Below, in pieces: positions 58,094 through 64,000 of a stretch of 64,000 nucleotides of DNA. The position numbers and the translations under genes are program-made. Source of the DNA: Deltaproteobacteria bacterium (GTDB lineage: Bacteria > Myxococcota_A > UBA9160 > UBA4427); the NCBI GenBank assembly GCA_029261835.1, contig JAJDAO010000072.1, positions 74,841 through 138,840 of the forward strand, written 5' to 3'. Below the pieces are notes generated by a model. It saw only the letters and a list, made by a program, of their open reading frames with translations. It searched no databases and was not told the DNA's origin. How positions within the stretch are numbered: position 1 is the stretch's first letter; every line of letters starts with the position of its first letter.

Positions 58094-59224
58094 GTGGGCG
58101 CTCAGCGTAACACCACGGATTTCGAAGAGATTCTCGGCCTCGTCTACCAGGGCCCGATCGAGCCCGTCCCCTGGCACTCGTTTCTCGATCGATTTCGCGA
58201 CGTAATGGAGGCCATGACGGTTGGGCTCATCCTGCGCCCACCGAGCGAGGGCGACCGCGGGCTCCTCTTGAACGAGAGCGACATCAGCCCGGCCTGGAGA
58301 ACCGCCTACCGCGATCGCTACTTCGCACTCGATCCGTTCGTCGACCTGCCGCTCGGAGAGCCGGTGACGCTGCAGGAGTTGGTTCCGGTCGAGGAGCTGC
58401 TGCGAAGCGAATTCTACACCCGCTACATGGAGCCGATGGGCGCGCTCTATGCGCTGGCGGTGGACGTCCGGGAGCCGGGCGGACTCGAGGCCCGGCTGCG
58501 CGCGGCTCGACCGAAGGGATCGCGAGATTTCGGCGAGGAGGAAAAGGCTGTCTTCAGACGGCTCGTCCCCCATCTCGAACGCGCACTACAGATCCACGGC
58601 AAGCTGTGCCAGACGGAGTCCGAACGCGATCTCTATGCCAACGCGGTCGATCAGTTCTCGGTCGGTACGATTCTGCTGGACTCATCGGGCCACGTCTTGA
58701 AGATGAACCGAATCGCCGAGAGCCTGCTGCACGAGCGGGACGGCCTGGTGCTGCACGAGGGACGACTCCGAACCGAAGACCGCGAGAGCTCGCAGCAGCT
58801 CCAGCGGTTGATCGACAGCGCGGCGGCGGCGCAGCGCACTCGACGCCCCAGTGTGGTGGCGGCTCTGCGCGTCGAGCGACCATCGGGAAAGCGGCACATT
58901 GCGCTGCTGCTGCGACCGGTACCACTCGGGCGTTGGTCGGATGAACGCACCTGTCCCGCGCTGGCGATCTTCGTCGGACGGCCTGAGGAACGGCCCGAGG
59001 TCGCGCCGGAGGTCCTCGAGAACCTGTTCAGCCTGACCCCGGCCGAAGCGGCGGTGGCGAGTCTGCTCGCCGAAGGCCTGAGCGTGGAGGAGAGCGCCGC
59101 GGCGCTGGGAATCTCGGTCCATACCGCCCGCGCCCACCTGCGCGCGATCTTCTCCAAGACAGGCGTCTCCCGCCAGACAGAGCTCGTCCTGCTGATCCTG
59201 GGGAGTGCGGCCAAGCTGGGCTGA
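58094..59224 (+). CDS. LuxR-family transcriptional regulator (N-terminal sensor domain, C-terminal HTH)
   Basis: C-terminal LTPAEAAVASLLAEGLSVEESAAALGISVHTARAHLRAIFSKTGVSRQTELV. Start uncertain: GTG 58094 is preferred over TTG 58004, whose 30 extra residues are low-complexity. Confidence 0.75.
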   Translation: MGAQRNTTDFEEILGLVYQGPIEPVPWHSFLDRFRDVMEAMTVGLILRPPSEGDRGLLLNESDISPAWRTAYRDRYFALDPFVDLPLGEPVTLQELVPVEELLRSEFYTRYMEPMGALYALAVDVREPGGLEARLRAARPKGSRDFGEEEKAVFRRLVPHLERALQIHGKLCQTESERDLYANAVDQFSVGTILLDSSGHVLKMNRIAESLLHERDGLVLHEGRLRTEDRESSQQLQRLIDSAAAAQRTRRPSVVAALRVERPSGKRHIALLLRPVPLGRWSDERTCPALAIFVGRPEERPEVAPEVLENLFSLTPAEAAVASLLAEGLSVEESAAALGISVHTARAHLRAIFSKTGVSRQTELVLLILGSAAKLG

Positions 59225-59330
59225 GACATCTCGCCGACAATCGAGCCTGTCGAAGAAGTGTACCATCGGACGAGGACTCGGTTGCCCGAGCCCGCAATCC
59301 ACGTCGGCGATCTGAGGAGAGGAAGCGAGC

Positions 59331-60122
59331 ATGAGCGCAGCAGCGAAGGATCCCGTCCTGGTCGAACGAAGTGGAGCCGTGACCACGCTGAGGCTCAACG
59401 ACCCGCCCCACAATCCGCTCGGCATGGCGCTGATCGATCGTCTCGAAGAGGTCGTCTCGCAGCTGGCCGATGATGCCAGCGTGCGCGCCATCGTAATCAC
59501 GGGCGCTGGTGAGCGAAGCTTCTCTGTCGGCGCTGATATCCGCGAGTTCGGAAAGGCGGCCAGTGAGGTCGGAATCCAGGCCTTCATCCAGCAACGCCTG
59601 CGACTCATTGCGCGCATCGAGCAGCTCGCCAAGCCAGTCGTGTGCGCCATTCGGGGCGCATGCGTCGGCGGAGGCCTCGAGCTGGCGCTCGGCTGTCACT
59701 TTCGCATCGCGGCGCGGGGAGCGCGCATCGGCCTGCCGGAGATCGAGCTGGGCATCATCCCGGCCTGGGGAGGCACACAGCGCCTCACGCGCGCGGTGGG
59801 ACGTGCGCACGCGCTCGACATCATTCTCCGAGCCAAGAAGATCACTGCCGACGAAGCGCTGCGCATTGGACTGGTGCACGAGATCTGTCAGCCCGACGAC
59901 CTGCTGGAGCACGCCCAGGACCTGGCCCGCGAACTCGCGGAGAAGGCGCCCATCGCTGTCGCGGGCATTCTCGAAGCTGTGATTCGCGGCGGAGCGCTGC
60001 CGCTCGAAGAGGGACTCGAAATCGAGTATCAGGCGATGGAACGCGTCAGCAGCACGAAGGACCTGCGTGAGGGCATCGTCGCCTTCTTCGAGAAGCGAAA
60101 GCCCGTCTTCCGCGGCGAATGA
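59331..60122 (+). CDS. enoyl-CoA hydratase/isomerase (crotonase) family protein
   Basis: 263 aa. AIVITGAGERSFSVGADIREF; GGGLELALGCHFRIA; GAGGAGAGGAAG SD upstream. Confidence 0.9.
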   Translation: MSAAAKDPVLVERSGAVTTLRLNDPPHNPLGMALIDRLEEVVSQLADDASVRAIVITGAGERSFSVGADIREFGKAASEVGIQAFIQQRLRLIARIEQLAKPVVCAIRGACVGGGLELALGCHFRIAARGARIGLPEIELGIIPAWGGTQRLTRAVGRAHALDIILRAKKITADEALRIGLVHEICQPDDLLEHAQDLARELAEKAPIAVAGILEAVIRGGALPLEEGLEIEYQAMERVSSTKDLREGIVAFFEKRKPVFRGE

Positions 60123-60124
60123 TC

Positions 60125-60147
60125 CCGCGTGTCGCTTCCCCACGCGG
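60125..60147 (+). terminator. weak hairpin directly after the crotonase stop
   Basis: ccgcgtg (60125-60131) pairs with cacgcgg (60141-60147), 9-nt loop, no U-tract. Confidence 0.2.
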
Positions 60148-60241
60148 CCCCGCTTGGCGGACGAGCCCACCGGGCGACGGGAGGGGTTTATGAGATAGCT
60201 TCTCGTGTCTCAGGTGAGTTCTGCGAGAACTGGAGGTGCTG

Positions 60242-60883
60242 ATGGCCGTCGAGCTGTCTGATCTGATCCTCGAGCTGCGAAGGGAGGAGGCCTCGGCCGA
60301 GGTGCTTCGCCGCGTGCGGGAAGGTGACGATCCGCTGGTGATCCTCGCCGAATGCCGCCGGGGCATGGCTGCGGTCGGTGACCGCTTCCAGCAAGGCGAC
60401 TACTACCTCGCCGAGTTGATGCTCTCCGGCGAGCTGCTGCGAAGTCTGGTCGATCTCCTCGTCCCGCTGCTGAAGGGAAGAGACCGGGGTGTGGCGTCGG
60501 GCACGGTTGTTCTCGCAACACCAAAGGGTGATATCCACGACCTCGGCAAGGACGTGTTCGCGACCATGCTCGAAGCACACGGCTTCACTGTGCATGATCT
60601 CGGTGTCGATGTCGCACCTGAGCGAATCGTGCAAGAAGTCGAGCGAGTGGCGCCCGACTTCGTCGGCCTCTCTGCGCTGATCACGACTTCCTTCGAGAGC
60701 ATGAAGCAGACCGCTTCACTGCTCGAGCAGGCCGGGCTGCGGCAGCGTCTCAAGCTCATGGTCGGAGGCGGCGTGACGGGCCCATCCGTCAGGCGGCACA
60801 TCAACGCTGACTTCCAGACCCTGGACGCCATGGAGGGCGTCTCGTACTGCATCAATGTCATGAATCCAACGCCGACAAAGTAA
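60242..60883 (+). CDS. cobalamin (B12)-binding corrinoid protein, MtbC/MttC-like
   Basis: ATG 60242, 5 nt after GGAGG. N-terminal helical cap domain, then a Rossmann-like domain with the D-x-H-x2-G motif (GDIHDLGKD) and LSALITT. Confidence 0.8.
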   Translation: MAVELSDLILELRREEASAEVLRRVREGDDPLVILAECRRGMAAVGDRFQQGDYYLAELMLSGELLRSLVDLLVPLLKGRDRGVASGTVVLATPKGDIHDLGKDVFATMLEAHGFTVHDLGVDVAPERIVQEVERVAPDFVGLSALITTSFESMKQTASLLEQAGLRQRLKLMVGGGVTGPSVRRHINADFQTLDAMEGVSYCINVMNPTPTK

Positions 60884-60904
60884 TCCGTCTCGGAGGAGCA
60901 CAGC

Positions 60905-62032
60905 TTGTCCATCCTCTTCGAGCCGACTCGGATCGGCCGACTGGAGATCAGGAACCGCTTCATTCGCTCTGCCACGTACTACGGCCTGGCGGATGTGGCG
61001 GGGCGCGTCGGCGACGAGAGTGTCGAGCTGATGCGCACGCTCTCGAGCAACGAGGTCGGGCTCATCGTCACCGGCTACGCGTTCGTGTCGCAGACTGGGC
61101 GCTGCTTCGCCGACATGAATGGCATCGACCGCGACGATCACATCCCGGGCTATCGCAGGATGACGGACGCCGTACACGCCTGCGGCGGCCACATCGCAAT
61201 GCAGATTGCGCACGGAGGAGCGGCCGCGACTCAGTTGCGCCGCGACGGCAAGGAACCTCTCGTCGTCTCCCTGACCGACCGGCAGAGAGAGCGGGGTGAG
61301 GGGGTACGCGAGATGTCGAACGAGGACATCGAGTCGATCGTCGCCGACTTTGGGCGGGCAGCAGGCCGGGTCGAGGAGGCCGGCTTCGATGCGGTCCAGA
61401 TCCATGGCGCCCACGGCTACCTCGTTTCGCAGTTTCTGAGCTCGGCCCGCAACCAGCGCAGCGATCGCTGGGGAGGGAGCACGGAGAAGCGAATGCGTTT
61501 CGTGCTCGAGGTGGCGCGCTCGATCCGACAGCATGTCAGCGATGACTTCCCGCTGACGATCAAGCTGGGATGTCGTGACTACCTGGACGAGAGCGACGGG
61601 CTGACGATCGGTGAGGGGACGCGTGTCGCGGCGGCGCTCGAGCGCGAGGGTGTCTGCTTCATCGAGGTGAGTCATGGAGACACAGGGCGTGCCTTTCGCA
61701 AGCTGAGCGGAGGCAAGAAGACGGCTCCGGTCCGTGAAGCCTACCTGCTGCCCGATGCCAAGGCGGTGCGCGGCTCGACCTCGGTCGCGCTCGGGCTCGT
61801 CGGCGGTCTGCGCAGCCTGCCCGTGATGGAGGCGTTGGTGGCATCGGGCACGGTGGACTGCGTCTCCCTGTCGCGCCCGCTCATCCGCGAGCCCGATCTC
61901 GTCAAGCGCTGGCGCGAGGGCGAGACGAAATCCGCCGAGTGCGTGAGCTGCTGGGGCTGCCTGAAGACGGACGGGGACGGAAGAAGCAGCATACACTGCC
62001 GTCAGCCCGCCCCCGTACCCGCGCCCCTATAG
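60905..62032 (+). CDS. Old-Yellow-Enzyme-family NADH:flavin oxidoreductase with C-terminal Cys cluster
   Basis: 375 aa. TTG start after GGAGGAG. LEIRNRFIRSAT, QIAHGG, VQIHGAHGYLVSQFLS. C-terminal CVSCWGCL...C resembles the 4Fe-4S motif of FadH/TMADH-type enzymes. Confidence 0.85.
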   Translation: MSILFEPTRIGRLEIRNRFIRSATYYGLADVAGRVGDESVELMRTLSSNEVGLIVTGYAFVSQTGRCFADMNGIDRDDHIPGYRRMTDAVHACGGHIAMQIAHGGAAATQLRRDGKEPLVVSLTDRQRERGEGVREMSNEDIESIVADFGRAAGRVEEAGFDAVQIHGAHGYLVSQFLSSARNQRSDRWGGSTEKRMRFVLEVARSIRQHVSDDFPLTIKLGCRDYLDESDGLTIGEGTRVAAALEREGVCFIEVSHGDTGRAFRKLSGGKKTAPVREAYLLPDAKAVRGSTSVALGLVGGLRSLPVMEALVASGTVDCVSLSRPLIREPDLVKRWREGETKSAECVSCWGCLKTDGDGRSSIHCRQPAPVPAPL

Positions 62033-63436
62033 GTACCCGAGCTCCTCGAGCTCGCGGCGGCGTTCCTCATCGAGATGGAAACGCGAGATCGACGGCGCCT
62101 GCCGCGGACGGGCGCGCAGCTCACGCAAGCGCGTTCCGAGTTCGCGAGCTCTTTCTGCAGCAACGGGTCGCACGGCATCTTCGCGCGGGTCGAGCGCAAG
62201 GTCGAAGAAGCGCGGCGCTCTCGGCGCTGTCTTGCCCGCGCGAAGCTTCCAGGAGCCGGCGCGCAGCGAGACTTCGTGCAGGGTCTCACTCATGACATCG
62301 CTCTCTGCCTCCGCGAGCAGGTTCCGGCCGTCGACGTCTCTCTGCTCCGGCAGACCGAGGATCGCCAGGACGGTGGGAAAGATATCGACAGTCGATACCG
62401 GATTCGCAACGACTGCTCCGGGGGTGCAGCCCGGGTAGTAGACCAGGAGTGGAACATGCACCTGATCCTGCGTCAGCTCGTTGCCATGGCTGAAGTAGAA
62501 GCCATTGTCTCCCGCCAGCGCCTCACCGTGATCGGACGAGAGAACGACAGCGGAATCATCGAGCAGGCCATCGCGCTCAAGCCGCACCAGTAGACGACCG
62601 AGCTCGCCGTCGAGATCGCGAACCTCGGCTGCGTAGCGGGCCAGGTAGTCCCGCCCGTCGCGCGAGCGGCTCGCGATGGGCTTCCACTGATAGTGCGGGA
62701 TCCCGCCACGACCTGAATTGTCTCCCTTGGCGAGCAGCTCGAGTTCACGTGGTGCGTCGAACTGCTCGCTGGGAAACAACGCCAGAACATCCTGCGGCGG
62801 AACATAGGGGCCGTGCGGCTCCATGAAGTGCAGCCAGAGAAAGAAGCGACGACTCGTCGGACGCTCATCGAGCCAGCCGAGCGCGCGGTGCACCAGCTCG
62901 GAGGCGCGGGCCTTCGGCTCGCCACTGGCTCTCTCGACCAGCTCGTAGTGGTCGAAGCCGGCCTCAAAGCCGAATCCCGCCCTCAATAGTGGATTGGCCA
63001 CGACCGCGGCGTTGACGAACCCGGCTTCGCGCAGCTTCGAAGCGAGAGTCGGCACGGTCGCGGGAAGCACGTGCTGGTTGGAGACGACGCCAGAGCGGTA
63101 GGGAAAGAGGCCTGTCAGGATCCCCGCGACGCCCGGAGAAGTCTGCGTGCCGACGGAGGACGCATCGGCGAAGAGAATCATCCGGCTGGCCCAGGCCGTG
63201 AGCTCGGGCGTGAGCGCCTGCCCGGCGCGTTGGGCCGACAGGTGGTCGCCTCTCCACGTATCCACTGTGATGAGAATGACGTTCTTCGGCGGCGAATGCC
63301 TCTGCGCTCCGCCACAGGCGGCGACGAAGAGTGCACCGATGAGCAAGACGAGCAGCCCCGCACAGCGCAGCTTCGAAACGGGCACGAGCTCGGAGAGCTC
63401 GTTGCGCGAGAGCCGATTCAGCGACACGCTGCTCAT
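62027..63436 (-). CDS. sulfatase-like hydrolase/transferase lipoprotein (alkaline-phosphatase superfamily, no C-x-P-x-R motif)
   Basis: ORF 62027..63505 trimmed to ATG 63436. Lipobox FVAAC; ILITVDTWRGDH; GTQTSPGVAGILTG in place of the fGly motif; SSDHGE. Confidence 0.8.
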   Translation of the reverse strand: MSSVSLNRLSRNELSELVPVSKLRCAGLLVLLIGALFVAACGGAQRHSPPKNVILITVDTWRGDHLSAQRAGQALTPELTAWASRMILFADASSVGTQTSPGVAGILTGLFPYRSGVVSNQHVLPATVPTLASKLREAGFVNAAVVANPLLRAGFGFEAGFDHYELVERASGEPKARASELVHRALGWLDERPTSRRFFLWLHFMEPHGPYVPPQDVLALFPSEQFDAPRELELLAKGDNSGRGGIPHYQWKPIASRSRDGRDYLARYAAEVRDLDGELGRLLVRLERDGLLDDSAVVLSSDHGEALAGDNGFYFSHGNELTQDQVHVPLLVYYPGCTPGAVVANPVSTVDIFPTVLAILGLPEQRDVDGRNLLAEAESDVMSETLHEVSLRAGSWKLRAGKTAPRAPRFFDLALDPREDAVRPVAAERARELGTRLRELRARPRQAPSISRFHLDEERRRELEELGYL

Positions 63437-63496
63437 CACGAACTCTTCCATCATGAACTCATCCATCATGAACTCATCCATCACGAACTCATCCAT
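63437..63496. repeat. four tandem copies of a 15-bp unit (minus-strand ATGGAKGAGTTCRTG)
   Basis: Read directly. In frame with the sulfatase-like gene, it would encode (M)DEF(V/M) x4 and supplies many in-frame ATG/GTG codons upstream of the signal peptide. Confidence 0.8.
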
Positions 63497-63595
63497 CACG
63501 AGCACATCCGTCGAGAGTCCATCCGACCCGCGGCGAGTCTACTGCAGGTCGACTCTCGGCGCCCAATGGCCGAACGATGAATTCGCAAAGGCGGG

Positions 63596-64000
63596 TCAGC
63601 GAGGCGATCCGACATCGAACACGACAATGTGTTGATTATCGATGATCGGACGCCCCACGCGCTCGCTCAAGTACTCGACCACGGGAGAGACATCCACGGT
63701 AGGAGGCCGAATGAAGCCGCCACTCGGCGGGTTGGGATGCAGAATGACGTAACGCACGTTGCGCGATGCGAGGGTCTCGATGTCGGCGATGTCCACATAC
63801 CTGGAAAAGCGCAGCCGCGGGTCCTCGAGCGGCAGCTCGTGGCTCGCGTTCTCCTCCATCAACCGACCGACGAAGCCGACCAGAACCGGCTTGCCGTGTA
63901 CGGCCTGAAAGCGATGGTAGAGCGGCGGCTCTTTCCACGACCAGGGAGCCTCCACTATCTGAAATGATCCCTCCTGTGCCGCGATCTCGCGGTAGAACTC
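63596..64000 (-). CDS. hypothetical protein (N-terminal end runs off window end)
   Basis: The frame of ORF 63596..63955 stays open to position 64000 (…EFYREIAAQEGSFQIVEAPWSW…). I recognise no family. Confidence 0.5.
   Translation of the reverse strand, partial: EFYREIAAQEGSFQIVEAPWSWKEPPLYHRFQAVHGKPVLVGFVGRLMEENASHELPLEDPRLRFSRYVDIADIETLASRNVRYVILHPNPPSGGFIRPPTVDVSPVVEYLSERVGRPIIDNQHIVVFDVGSPR

Noticed and set aside
60123-60241. Possible cobalamin riboswitch in front of the corrinoid-protein gene
   Set aside because: At 119 nt it is too short, and I could not find a B12-box-like core (GCCACTG-type). Only two short hairpins are present.
1-64000. Scan for CRISPR arrays, tRNA/rRNA genes, IS elements, integrases or phage genes
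   Set aside because: I found no spacer-repeat periodicity, no cloverleaf-like sequences in intergenic gaps, and no transposase/integrase-like ORFs. The only tandem repeat is the 15-bp unit at 63437-63496.

Overview
GC-rich chromosomal segment from a Gram-negative bacterium (RND efflux, OprO/P-like porin, Tat and lipoprotein signals). I saw no rRNA, tRNA, CRISPR or mobile elements. About 50 genes are supportable; most other long ORFs in the track are antisense artefacts of the high GC content. Product calls rest on motifs read by eye and recalled family sequences, with no database search, so products are less certain than gene boundaries.

Content in order:
- a porin / PBP-like / MCP sensory operon
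- four tandem COG1233 (CrtI-like) flavoprotein paralogues with a divergent MarR, and two more paralogues at 42-45 kb
- SDR / Zn-ADH genes
- a MarR-controlled ACAD / Tat-subunit / GMC oxidase / acyl-CoA ligase operon
- threonine aldolase, sulfatases, KAS III and TrpB2
- ArsR-DUF2892 beside an RND pump
- two NarG-like molybdoenzyme catalytic subunits
- a 7TM-PAS-GGDEF-EAL protein.

Main leads:
1. An 8-gene minus-strand operon (49.6-57.9 kb) joins 2-hydroxyacyl-CoA-dehydratase-like subunits and their ATPase activase with a truncated acetyl-CoA-synthase-like protein. It also carries a full CooC / CooJ-like / CooT nickel-insertion set and a Tat molybdoenzyme, but the window holds no CODH or complete ACS. 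This is the best candidate for an undescribed nickel-dependent system.
2. Two selenoprotein genes are split by in-frame TGA in the ORF track: a UGSC-family protein and an AhpD-like protein with a CxxU motif. Each has a hairpin in the position expected for a bacterial SECIS.
3. A corrinoid-binding protein / OYE-FeS reductase / crotonase unit and a LuxR regulator lie divergent to the nickel operon.
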